Shown here: one piece after another, positions 1 through 11,486 of the stretch
Layout of the letters: each line of letters opens with the position of its first letter
How positions within the stretch are numbered: the first letter of the stretch is position 1
Assembly: GCA_024679065.1 (NCBI GenBank)
Contig: JAGIQG010000009.1
Coordinates: forward strand, 99,262,001 to 99,326,000
DNA from: Sphyrna mokarran
Lineage: Eukaryota
Direction of reading: 5' to 3'
DNA length: 64,000 bases
Program-made: the position numbers and the translations under genes
The notes under the pieces: model-generated
What the model was told of the DNA's origin: nothing
Seen by the model: only the letters and a program-made list of their open reading frames with translations
Database searches by the model: none

Positions 1-2540
1 CGCATGTGAAGTGGGAGAGAGCCTGAGTGAGGCATCAGAGTGGGATTGGCATTTGGTAATTTGGAGCAGCATGGTAATGAAAGTGTTAGGTAATAAACCT
101 AATTTTCCTGCTTTTTCAGCAGTAAGTGTAGTGGTAGAGTTAGTTGGTAAAAAATGAACTACCCTACCCAAATAGCCGAGTGGCAGTAATTTGCAAAACA
201 CTTAAAGAATGATTAGAGGCAAAAGATGTAAATTGTATTCTTCAGTCTGAAGCCTATTTGGTTTGTGAGTCATTTTTGCCCAGCTGAACATGAAATAAGA
301 GAGAGTGATAAGAATACTCTCAGCAAGCTTTATGCACGTGAAGGGGGAGACAGCCTGAGCGAAGAGACAGAGTGGAATTGAAATTTGGTAATTTGGAGCT
401 TTATGGTAATTAAAGAGGAAAGCGGTAAATGTAATTTTCCTGTTTTTTTAGTTATGAGTTTAGTTGTCTGTCAGTTGATAAAAATGAGCTGCTCCCCACA
501 AATAGCTGACCGGTAGTTATCTATCAATCACCTGAAGATGATAAGAAGCAAAAGGTATAAAATGAACTCTTCTGTTTGAAGTGAGTCATTTCAGTCCAAC
601 TGATCTCGAGATGCATAAGCACACTCTCATTATGCTTGTGCACATGAAGTGGGAGAAAGCCTGAGTGAGAAATCCAGAGTGGAACTGAAACTTGGTCATT
701 TGGAGTAGTGTGGTAATTCGATGCAGGTGGGAGGAACTGCTTCTTCTGTTTTTCTTTTGTTTACTTTCTTTTTGCTTTGTGACTGTTAGCTGTATGGACA
801 GACCCAGAAAGCATCCTGAGAAGGTAAATGATATAAAGACGTATCTCGGATATTAGCAGCGTTAAGTGAAGGTAAGAATTTAATTAATTTTCTTACATGA
901 TTTAGTGGCTGACAGAAATGTTCGCCAGTGGGGCTAAGTGCTGCATTTGTGAGATGTGGGAGACCATGATAATTCTAAAGCCTTGGGCGACTACATCTGC
1001 AGGAAGTGGATCCAGTAGGCCACATGGATAGGTTTGAGCAGCTGTTGGATGCACTTCAGAGTATGAAGTAGCGGAAAGCGTCATAGACAGAAGTTTTAGT
1101 GATGTGATGACACCAAAGATGCAGCCAGATAGGCTGGTTGACTGTTGGATGGGGTAGGCAGTCAATTCAGGATTCTCCTGTAGCCTACTTAACAAATACA
1201 TTGTATTGGGAATGTCTTATCAGGAGATAGCAGCAGCAGCATCAACCAGTGTACTGGAAGCACAGTTGGCTCTGTTGTTAAACAGAGGCACAAAATGCAC
1301 CAGAGCAATATTTAGAGTGCGCTCAATAGTTAGGGATAAAGATATGCGCTTCTTTGGACATGAAAGAGGCTCCAGGATGGTATATTGCTCTGTCGTGCTA
1401 GGATCTAGGATTCCCTGAACGGGCAGAAAACATTCTGAAGGAAGAAGGTGAATAGCAAGGGATCGCGGTACCTATTGATAACAACATAAGTCAGAGCAAT
1501 GACGAGATCCTGCAACAGCAGTTTAGGTAGATAGTTAAAAAAGGACCACTATGGTTGTAATCTCAGGATTACTATGTGCCACGTACCAGTGAGACTAGAA
1601 ATATAAATATAGTCCAGCGCAACACATGGCTACACAGCAGATGTAGGATGGAGTGTTTCACATACCTGGACCATTGGGATCCCTTCCAGGGCAGATGGAT
1701 CATCTACAAGAAGGACAGGTTATTTCTAAACTGGGAGGGCATACATAATTTGGCCGGAAAATTTGCTAGTGTCATGCTGGAGGATTTAAATTAGTTTGGT
1801 GAAGGGGTACAAAACAAAGCAAATGTTAATTTTGTTGTCGGGCCAGTAAGCCCACATGAAGAGCATGCATGATTTCGTTGCTGCTCAAATACGGTTTTGC
1901 GCATTGAGGAATATTTGTTTCAATGAGAGAAATGTAGCAGGTAAAGCAGATTAAATTAGAGCTTGAATTAGTGTTTGGAATTATGATGTTGCCATGAAAG
2001 AGAATTGGTTGAAGGAAATACAGGATTGGCAGCTTAGCGTTCCAGGATACAAATATTTCAAGTGGGATTGAGGGATTGTAAAAGGTATAGGGGAATTGTA
2101 CGATTGGTTAAGGAAAATGTCACAGCTGTGCTGCGGGAGGACACCTTGGAAGGCTTATACAGCGAATAAAGATAGATAGAGTTCGGGTAGAGGAAGGGTG
2201 TAGTCAAAATGTTGAGGGCCACCCAACAGCCAGCGGGAGATAGAGGAACAGATATGTAGGTAGATTTTGGCAAGGTGTAAAAGTTGCAGGGTTGCTATGG
2301 TGGATAATTTTAACTTCCCCTATATTGACTAGGACTCAATAAGTATAAGGTGCCTGCATGTAGCAGAGTTTGTAAGGAGCATCCAGAAGGCCTTCATGAA
2401 TCAGTATGTAGATAGTCCAACTCGTGAAGGGGCCGTACTGGGCCAGGTACTGTGGAATGAGTCTGGACACGTGGTCAATTTTTCAGTAGGGTAACAGTTT
2501 CGGGAAAAATGAATTCAATTCAGTAAGCTTTAACCTGCGG
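1..2540 (+). mobile_element. Decayed CR1-clade LINE, 5' part (5'UTR, ORF1, start of ORF2 endonuclease)
   Basis: ORF1 zinc-finger-like KCCICEMWE at ~938 and esterase-like WLHSRCRMECFTYLDHWDPFQGR at ~1628. APE-like remnants at ~1920-2535 resembling NARS..GKADELRAWI, GDFNFP.IDW and SDHNS. Many stops and frameshifts. Confidence 0.85.
2..730 (+). repeat. Diverged tandem repeat of ~310-330 bp (about 2.3 copies) upstream of CR1 ORF1
   Basis: gcaYRtgaagKgggaga.agcctgagYga...agagtgg..YtgRMaYttggtMatttggag motif recurs at ~2, ~335 and ~640 with collinear downstream sequence. Confidence 0.8.
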
Positions 2541-2559
2541 AATAGATAGTTTGAACAAT

Positions 2560-2868
2560 TAGATAATAAATAACGGAACCACTGAAGTTTAAATCTCCTG
2601 ATTGGGACCTGAGTCGCGTACATATTGGCATTACGTATGCAAAATTGGGAGCTAAATGCGTCATTGAAAGACTGTTGTGGGAGAAGTGGGTTCTGTATGT
2701 GCGCCATTGGCAACAGCACTGGGAAAGTGGGTGCTATATCTCTGGGATGGTCTACATCGAACCGTGCTGAAACAGTGTAACTGGTAAGTAGAGAAGACCT
2801 TAAAGTAAATAGGAGGGGAATAGTTCTGAAGGAGAGCAGATGTGCTTTCAATGTGAAAGGATATGCCA
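2560..2868 (+). mobile_element. Older CR1 element, ORF1 C-terminal remnant (continues after 5290)
   Basis: Degenerate LNA.LKD.CGRSGF.YV.HW.Q.WG....WDGLH.NR pattern of the CR1 ORF1 esterase. Confidence 0.6.
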
Positions 2869-5288
2869 CAGTAAGATGCTTCACAACAACAGGTTAAATT
2901 CCAACAAGGTTATTTGGACTCACTTCTTTCGAAGAGCTGCTCCTTCATCAGTTGAGTGTGTAGGTAGATTTCACAAACACGCCAACACGCCATATACAGC
3001 CAAAGGCTCAATTGCAAGGTGATGGTTGGAATGCAAGTTGTTTAAGCTAATCAAGTCCTCACAGGAAGAGACAATGTGAGTGACGAGAGGGATAATCAAG
3101 GTTAAAGAAGTCTGAATAGTCTCAAGTCGGGAGAATTAGCGGATTTTGAAAGCCCAGACCAAATATAGTATGACATGAAGTCAAGAACCCAGGTAAGGCC
3201 ATCCTCATGCGTGCGGAACTTTACTATTAATTTCTGCTCGGCGATTCTGCTTTGTTGTGTGTCTTGAAGGCCACCTTGGAGAATGATTACATGAAAATCG
3301 GAGGCTGAATGTCCTTGACTGCTGAAGCCCTCCCCAACTGGAAGGCAACACTCCTGCCTGGCGATTTCTCGCACGGTGCCCATTCATCCAACTTACTCCC
3401 CGCGTGGAGATCTCTACTACTTTCTAAAGAACACAAAGAACAGACCGAGGGGTCTCTTCATTTCAGTCAATGGAACCCCATGTGAGAATCTCTCTGGCTA
3501 TGTCGAGTGCATCTGGAACCCATTGTACAAAGGAACCTTCAGCTTCTGCCTTGACACTTCGGACATTTGCAGAATCTCAGCACCCAGGGACCAGTTGAAC
3601 CAGGAACACTCCTCGCCACAATGGACCCTTGGCACTCTACACCAGCATCTCCCAAAACAATGGCATTGCTGCAGCAGCTTTTTTCCCTCAACACCGACAA
3701 CTGCCAACCTCCAGACACAGTTCTACAATTCATCTGGTTCATCCTGGTTTTACAACGTCTTTTCATTCGACAACCAGTTCTCCATCCAGACAAATAGAAC
3801 AGCCATGAGGACCACACTCGCACCTCAGTCTGCCAACACCTTCATGAACATGTTCGAACAAAACCTCGTCATCACACAGGACCTTCAACCAGCACTATAC
3901 ATCAGAGATATCAATGACATTTTCTTCTTTTGGACTCACAGCAAAGAATCACTGAAAAGACTATGCGATGACATCAAGTTCCATCCCATCAACAGACGCT
4001 ATGGATTACTCTCCAGAATCGGTTGCAATTCTTAGACACATGCATCTCCATCAAGGACAGTCACCTCAGCACTTCCCTCTACCAGTCGCCCATGGATAAT
4101 CTCACAATTCTCACCTCTCCAGTTTCCACCCTCAAAACCATCCCCTACGGACAAGCCTTTCATAAACACAGGGTCTGTTCAGACGAAGAAGAACGCAAAA
4201 CAGATATTTACAGACACTAAAAGATGCCCTAGTAACAACGGGATATGACGCTCGACTCATCGATCAGCAGTTCTGTCGCACTGCAGCAAAGAACTGCAAT
4301 ATCTCCTCAGAAGACAAACATAGAACATGACGGACAGATTACCCTTCATCGCCCAGTAGTTCCTCGGAGCAGAGAAACTACGACATCTACTTCAAAGCCT
4401 TCAACATGTCATTGCTGAAAATGAATTTCCCACCAAGGCTATTCCTCTCCTTTCCTTGCCTTCAAACCATCGCACAACTCAAAAAGAACATTGTTCGCAG
4501 TCTTCAGGAGAAAAGCGACCACAGCATCACACAACCCTGCCACGACAACCTCTTCAAGGCATGCCAGATCTTCGACATTGTGCCATGATCATATGTAAGA
4601 ACACAATCCACTATAATCATGGTGCTTACTCATGCGACTCAGTCAACATTGTCTATCACATACGCTGCAAGAAATGATGTCCAAGACATGGTATATTGGC
4701 AAAACCATGCAGATGCTACTTCAATGGATAAACAGACACTGCTCAAAAATCGCCAGGTAAAAGTGTTCCCTTCCAGTTGGGGAGCACTTCAGCAATCAAG
4801 GGCGTTCAGCCTCTGAGCTTTGGGTAAGCGGTCTCTAAGGTGAGTTTCAAGACACACAAAAATGCAGAAATGCTATGCAGATACTGATGGCCAAGTTCTG
4901 CATGCATGAGGACGGCCTCAGCTTGGTTCTTCGGTTCATATCATACTATGTTTAAACCCCACTCGTTGGCCTGCACTTGCAATATCCTAGTAACCGTCCT
5001 GACTTGTGACAATTCATACCTCTTTAACCTGTGATTATCCTTCTCACCATTTGCATTGTCTGTGCCTGTAAGGACTTGATTATCTGAAAAGACTTGCATT
5101 CCAAACATTATCTTGCAATTGAGTCTTTGCCTATACATGCTATGTTTGTGAAAGCTACCTCTTCACTTCCTGTTGAAGGAGCAGTGCTCTGAAAACTCGG
5201 CATTTCAAATGAACCTGTTGGATTTGGACATGGTACTGTGAATCTTCGAACCATGACCACTCCTGTCCAACGATGGCATCTCCACATC
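2869..5288 (+). mobile_element. Penelope-like retroelement: RT/GIY-YIG remnant on + (~3400-5288) with an inverted 3'-terminal copy on - (~2869-3385)
   Basis: RT remnants TAMRTTLAPQSANTFM, YIRDINDIFFFW and FLDTCISI. GIY-YIG C-terminus LPVGEGFSSQGHSASD..LQDTQQSRIAEQKLIVKFRTHEDGL on -, with a matching copy on + at ~4720-4950. Degenerate TSD aaaggatatgcca (2856-2868) / aaaggttatggca (5289-5301). Confidence 0.88.
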
Positions 5289-5289
5289 A

Positions 5290-6270
5290 AAGGTTATGGC
5301 AGCATTGGAAGTTCACATAATGATTTCCAGAGTGTCAAGTGAAGGGACAGAGTGTACAAAACAATAAACCACAGCAATAACTAGAACTAAAGTAGAAAAT
5401 GACGATAAAGAAAGACCATAGAAAAATCGTGTTCTTCTTAAACGCACATAATATTTGGCACAAATTAAATTAATTAACGGCACAGGTTCAAGTTAATGAC
5501 TATGCTTTTATCTTGATGTATGTACAAATTGATCAAAGTTTGAACTAAATAATCAGGGCAATGTGACTTTTTGTAGAACAGGCTGGAAGAATGCATGGCA
5601 CGTGTTAGTGCCACGCATTCTTGTTGATAGAAGATGTAATAAGTATAATACCAACAAATGACCATGGATTGGAAGAATTCATCTGACTGCTGCTCAGAAA
5701 TAACCAGGAAGGACCCACATGATGGGTGTAGTCTATAGCTATAGCTACATCATAGGATGGAGAATAAATTGGGAGATACCGGTGGCATGTAAAAAGTTGG
5801 TGCATTACTCATGGGTGAATTTATTCTTCATGTGCATTGCGAAGATCATGTTGGCAGAGGTAGCCATGCTGACGATTCAATACCATGTAATGGGAACAGA
5901 ATCCTAGAATAGGATGCCGTGACCCAGACAGGAAACAGATTTTTTTGGGTCATGAGTGTGTAATGAGGCAACTTTAATCAAATAAGTCAGAGTAATAGAT
6001 TTCCTGGGTAACAGTGACCATAACAAATCGAATTTAGCATTCACTTTGATGGTGATGAACCTGGGTGAAAACTAAGTATGCACAAATTAAAGAAGGGTGA
6101 TTAGAAATGAACGAGAATAGAGGTGGTTGGTGTAGACTGGGAAAAGATACTTTAGTAGATAAGATGTGGATCAGCAATGGCAGACTTTATGAAAATATTT
6201 AATGACTCACAAACAGGACATACTGCAGTGAGGAAGGGAATTCTTGGAAAGGCATGAATCAACTGTCCCA
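5290..6270 (+). mobile_element. Old CR1 ORF2 endonuclease remnant
   Basis: Degenerate GVVY.., MGxF and LGNSDHN (ctgggtaacagtgaccataac at ~6004) motifs. Confidence 0.65.
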
Positions 6271-7249
6271 GGAAATTAGGATAACCTGCTAGTGGAATAC
6301 AAATAAATGGGTGTAGACGAATTTAGAAATAATTACTGTACAGAAAAAGTGTGAAGTGCCTGAAAATATAGAGGTACAGTTGCATAGAAACACATAAAAC
6401 TATTGCTAGAAAATTTAAATATGTATTTTTGAAGTATTCTGCACACCTTTGTAAAAAGAGACTTTGCCACAAGCATAATGGAATGAAAGCTAAGTGAGAG
6501 GAACCACATTTTTAAAGAACAATACAGCCACTGAGAATAGCTTTCATTAGTATAGGTTACAATTTCCAAGATGCTAACATGAATGGTACAATTCAATTTC
6601 AACTGACAAGAAATACTGGGCAGACAGTGGGAATGATAGTGCTTGAATGATGCAACCTAAGTAATTGAGAGACATCATAAGTGTCAAATAGGTGCGAGTT
6701 TCCAGAATCTATGAACAAATTAATTTGCATGCTGTCAGAAGGAAGGATGTAATAGGTCAAGATAAATAATCGATTTTAGCATGATTGACCTGTCCTATTA
6801 AGATGGACAGCATAGGCAAGCAGATGATTTCTGAAAATGTATAAGTGCAGAACATGTTGATAATGTAATTAGAGTAATTTAAGCTTTCTCAAAATGCTCT
6901 TCCTCCATGGTGGAACAAATCCAGAGCAATAAATTGCGTCTTCAAATCAGAATTACTGTGTTCTTTGTTATTGCTGAGCTGTATTAATAAGGAAAATCTC
7001 CTGCATGAAATCGGCAAAATACATAGGTCTTTGAAAAACTCCTACTAAGGGTGTGAGTAAAGTAATCTATACAATATAGCAATGATTAGTAACAAGCCAG
7101 AGGACGTGAGCAGTTTTGAAAAAAAAACAAAAATAATATAAAGAAGGAGAGAGGGATGTTAAAACCAGAAATACTGAAATGAAGAGCAAGTGGTTCTTGA
7201 AATATAGAATACAAAAAGGGGCCAAAGTAAACATCAGTCTTTTGGTGAA

Positions 7250-7750
7250 TTGAGATTGCACAGCATGAGAGGCATGGGTTCGATTCCCAGCTTGTGTCAC
7301 TGTCTGTGTGGAGTTTGCACCGAAGCATGGAATGCCCTGATCTGCCCACCTAACCTCACTTGCCAACACTAGCCCATAGCTTTGAATGTAATGGAGCGCC
7401 AGGTTCTCTTTAAGGATGTGAGGCATCACTGTTCTACTATCCTCCCAGGCAGTGCATTCCAGATTGTCACCACGTTCTGAGAAGAAAGGATTTTTCTCAG
7501 ATCTTCTCTAAACATCTCATCCCTCACTTTTAACTTGTGTCCCCTCTTAACAGATCCATCAACCACGGGGAACAACTGCTCCCTATCCATCATGTCCATG
7601 CCTCTCAAAATCATGAACATCTCAATAAGGTCGCCCCTCAGTCTTCTCCACTCCAGCAAAAACAACCCAAGCCTTTCCAACGTCTCTTTTCAACTTAAGT
7701 ATTCCATCCCAGGCAACATCCTGGTAATTCTCCTCTGCACACCTCCAGTG
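7250..7750. mobile_element. SINE head fragment (+, ~7250-7320) followed by CR1 3' end (-)
   Basis: B-box-like gggttcgattccc; minus ORF ERLGLFLLEWRRLRGDLIEMFMILRG..REQLFP..WNALP. Confidence 0.85.
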
Positions 7751-7979
7751 CGTTCACGTCCTGTGGGAAAAGTAAAATTGGCAAATCTTACTGGTTCTTT
7801 GCAGAAGTTCTTTACATTCTGAAAAAATAGATGCATGATGTTAGAAAGGTATTTGAAAACAACACAAAGACATTTCTTAAACATTGTCACAGCCAAATTG
7901 TAATAATAGTAAACCTATGGCGCAGAAAGTAGTCAATAAGTATCTGCACCAGCCAAAAAAAAATTGGTCACTCATTTTA

Positions 7980-8520
7980 ATCTAATTTTCCAGCACCTAG
8001 CCCATAGCTTTGCATTTTTCATTACTTTATATGCAGATCCAGGTACAGCTCTTAATGTCAATGCCCACAACTTCATTTTTTCCACTTAAATCCCTGCCTG
8101 TCAATTTTATGCTCTTTTATTCTACTCATTTTACTTATGATACTCATTTTATCATCCTCACAGCTTACTTTCTGACCTATAAATGTATCATCGGCAAAAC
8201 TGGCTATGATATAATCGAGACCTTTATCAAATTCATCAATGTAAGTCATAAATGCGTATGGTCCCAGCATATATCCTGACAATTGATTTTCGTTATAGCC
8301 CTCCTGCCTGCAAATCAACTATTTATTATGACTCACTGTTTGCAGTTAATTAGCCAATGTTCCATTCTTTTAATTATTTCACTCATTACAGAATGAACCT
8401 GTGCATTAATATTCAAATTAGTATCTTATTTCATATCTTTTGGAAATAGGAATAATTCTACATCAATTGGTTCTTCTTGATTCAACTTTCAGTCAAGCTT
8501 AGCCACTTTTTCCTTCAATC
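7980..8520 (-). mobile_element. Old CR1 RT remnant
   Basis: Minus ORF SGYMLGP..F.TYIDEFD...IASFADDT. Confidence 0.7.
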
Positions 8521-9090
8521 TATGCAAATATTTTAACCATCCATGATTACGGCAATAGTTTATTTCCATGGTCGAATTATATCTCCATATTACTGACACA
8601 CTGATCTCTCTGTAATTAGTTTACTAGAGTTTTGTTGAAAATCGAAGGAACTTCGAGAAACAGCACTTCATCTTGCAAGTGACATTTTACAACGTTTTTG
8701 ATGAAGTATTGAGTTCAATAATATTAGATGGTAACCTTTATGTCATTCTGTTATCTTTATTCGTTTTTTTCTCTCGCTGTTTTATCAGTTACATTGTGTT
8801 CAGAAGACAAATCTTTACTCATTCTCAGCTTCTCTAAGTATATTTTGCTTTGGCTCTTCATACATCCTCCTGGTCTTACTCCAATCAATATTTGTCCTTT
8901 ATTCTGTCCTTCCCATCGGTTAATCATAAATCTCATTTTTAGTTCCTTTCCCATTCTCTTTCTTCATTTTCTCAATACCTATTGCTAACTGATTCCGCGT
9001 TGTAATTTACCGGTACGGACGTTAACTTTTTCTCTGGGCACCAGTACGGCCGAGGTACTGTCTATTTCCAAAGTTTTCTATTCATATTCC
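8500..9090 (+). mobile_element. Old Penelope-type 3' remnant
   Basis: RRNFEKQHFILQV...IEFNN resembles the Penelope GIY-YIG C-terminus, followed by a pyrimidine-rich tail. Similar remnant at ~33200-33830. Confidence 0.55.
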
Positions 9091-9247
9091 ACATTATTTT
9101 TTTGTTGTAAAGCATTCCAAACACTTCAGAAAATTGTGTTATCACAGGATATAAACGTCTGCAATAAATTACGAATCATCCATTCAAGAGAGACCTGATC
9201 TTAAGTCGCTTAAAACGACTCATTATCTGTATGATATTATTCAGTTT

Positions 9248-9562
9248 ATTTATTTATTAGTCACAAGTAAGGCTTAGTGCAATGAAGTTACTGTGGGAGG
9301 AAGCACCGGCGACCCAGTTCCATTCCTGGCTTCTTCTCGCACAAATTCCTCTAATCGCCACAATCCTGTACCTGTTCACGTCAATGAACCTAACCAGTAG
9401 ATCTTTCAGATTATGGAAGGAAACCGGAGCACCCGGAGGAAAAACAAGCAGAGACGGGGAGAACGTGCAAACTCTACATAGATAGTGAACCAAGCCAGGA
9501 AGCGACCCCTGGTCCCTGGCGCTCTGAGGCAGCAATATTAACTTTGTGCCACCATGCTGCCC
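9248..9562 (-). mobile_element. tRNA-derived SINE (HE1/V-SINE-like)
   Basis: Minus strand ggcagcatggtggcaca...gcctcagagcgccagggacc...gagtttgcacgttctccccgtc...tttcctccgggtgctccggtttcc. Confidence 0.9.
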
Positions 9563-9862
9563 TATTTACTGTCCCTAATGATGCATCGTTATGAAGTTTT
9601 CCTGGGCAAGTATGTTTGGAGAATTTAAACAGCTTAGAGAACGTCCCTTCTACCTGCCAGTCAACTAATCAAATGAAATTTGTGAGTCTTTCGCTAAGCT
9701 CCGTAGAATGTGACAGTCTCAAACTTGAGAAGTGGTGGGCTTTTTGAACTGACCTTGATCCAACTCATGCAATCTTAAACTCATTGCTGGTATTATTAAG
9801 AGGCAATTCTAGATATCAATTAATATATGATTCAGAATCATGCATTATGTTGCATAATTTAC

Positions 9863-9883
9863 CTTTACACTTCGGGTCAATTC
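9863..9883 (-). CDS. 21-nt microexon, GIDPKCK
   Basis: tttttttgcctgttttattag|GAATTGACCCGAAGTGTAAAG|gtaaat. Confidence 0.77.
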
Positions 9884-10439
9884 CTAATAAAACAGGCAAA
9901 AAAAAAAGCAGATCAAACACTTTCTGTGAAATTTACTGCACATAAGTTATATGAAGTGATCGAATCGTCAGTCCAGACTGAAAAGTAGAAAGGGAAAGCA
10001 AAAAAGCGGGTACCTGGAGCGGCATACAGACAATCTCAACTGCAATGGATGCTTCCAGACTGAAATTACCCACTTCATGGGAAAGGTGCTTGTGTGTATC
10101 GTTGATGTAAGGGGGTGGGGTCGCTGGAGGGGAGAGGGTATTTTACCTATTGTATTGCAGAAAAAATGTCAAAATACATAGATAAAAGCAGAGGCTCTAA
10201 TCTTATATATTTTGTTTGAATTCAGGGATTTTTTTTTCGGAACAGCTTTTCTCAGGGTCGGCTAGGATCTGGAACAGCATATGAATTGCACATTCCGAAG
10301 TATATTTCAAGGACATTTTTAACATTGGGCAATGGTTGAATTACTTTTTCGATGTCAAAAAGCAACAAGGCACTAAAGTCTGATCCCGAGGTTGTTATGG
10401 CAGTGTTGTGTGGTGTCATGGTCGCTGTTCCTTAAAGAC

Positions 10440-10930
10440 TGGCTAGTTCCATGTCAACAATTGTCTGTTTGAAGTTGTGTGGTTATTTGAAGGCAAGAAG
10501 TAGAGCTGTGGGGATGACCTTGGCGAGATGTTCGTCTTCATCAATGACACGTTGAAGGCTCCAGAGAAAATGTCGTAGCTCCTCTGCTCCGGGGAATTAC
10601 TGGACAATGGAGGGTATACTCTGTCTGCCATTTCCCATGTTGTCTTCTGAGGAGGTCGGTGTGGTTTTTCACTGTGGTGCATTGGAACTGTGGACCGATC
10701 AGTCGACTACCATATCCTGTTCTTACGAGGGCATGTTTCAGCATCTGGAAGTGTCTGTTGCAATCCTCCTATCTGAGCATTGTGAACACGACTTGCACTC
10801 ACCTGATGTAGGAGCAGCACTCCGAAAGCTTGTAGCTTGTGCTACTAAATAAACGTGTTGGACTTTAACCTGGTGTTGTGAGACTTCTTACTGTGCTTAC
10901 CCCAGTCCAGCGCCGCATCTCCACATCATG
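10440..10930. mobile_element. Penelope fragment with internal inversion (coding piece on -, 3' terminus on +)
   Basis: ~10440-10775 is the reverse complement of the family sequence at ~4250-4530; ~10780-10930 matches the terminus at 5140-5288. Confidence 0.8.
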
Positions 10931-11152
10931 CCAATTATTACTGACAAGGAACTCAAGTGGAAATTCATGGAAATTCCATTCTAGTCCCTAGGTCGAGTTG
11001 GCATTTATTCAGGACCTCCTTTTCTATCTGTAGGGTAACGAATAATGCATACAGAATATAAAGTTGCATTAACACTTCCACATCACTTAAGGCAGCGGCA
11101 AGTGCAAACTTAAAGTCTTAAGAATATATTTGAGAAAATAATTTCGTCGTAC

Positions 11153-11176
11153 CTGCCTTAACTTTCTTCTTCAGGT
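11153..11176 (-). CDS. 24-nt microexon, DLKKKVKA
   Basis: cgtttatttgcag|ACCTGAAGAAGAAAGTTAAGGCAG|gtacga; stops in phases 0 and 2. Confidence 0.77.
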
Positions 11177-11455
11177 CTGCAAATAAACGTATTACATTAG
11201 ACTAATAACGTCCTTTATTAGAGTTTCAATGAAATAATGGTACGTGACTAAGCACAATGTTCTAAGGCAAATTGTTGCGATTCAACACTGTCTTTTTCCC
11301 TACGGAATCATTTTTTTCTATTAGCTGCAACAGAAAACCGGGACAAAAATCTACCACAGGTTGTAGATTCCGTATATTAAATCACTGTATGTTATTAATA
11401 TATCTATCTAATCTGCAGTAAATCGCAACCGTTTGTTAGGGACGAGAGATATCAG

Positions 11456-11486
11456 TGAGAGAGAGAGAGAGAATGAGAGAGAAGGA
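11456..11486. repeat. (GA)n microsatellite
   Basis: gagagagagagagagaatgagagagaaggaga. Confidence 0.7.

Noticed and set aside
3376-4035. Longest ORF (219 aa) as a host gene
   Set aside because: Frameshifted Penelope RT fragment.
8628-8730. Plus-strand exon-like open frame SFVENRRNFEKQHFIL...
   Set aside because: Better explained as a Penelope GIY-YIG C-terminal remnant.
9754-9786. 33-nt phase-1 exon candidate AMSLRLHELDQ
   Set aside because: Weak acceptor; appears to overlap an old SINE head-like remnant.
10014-10059. Exon candidates of 26 or 46 nt ending CAG|gtaccc
   Set aside because: Neither length preserves the frame, and the acceptors are mediocre.
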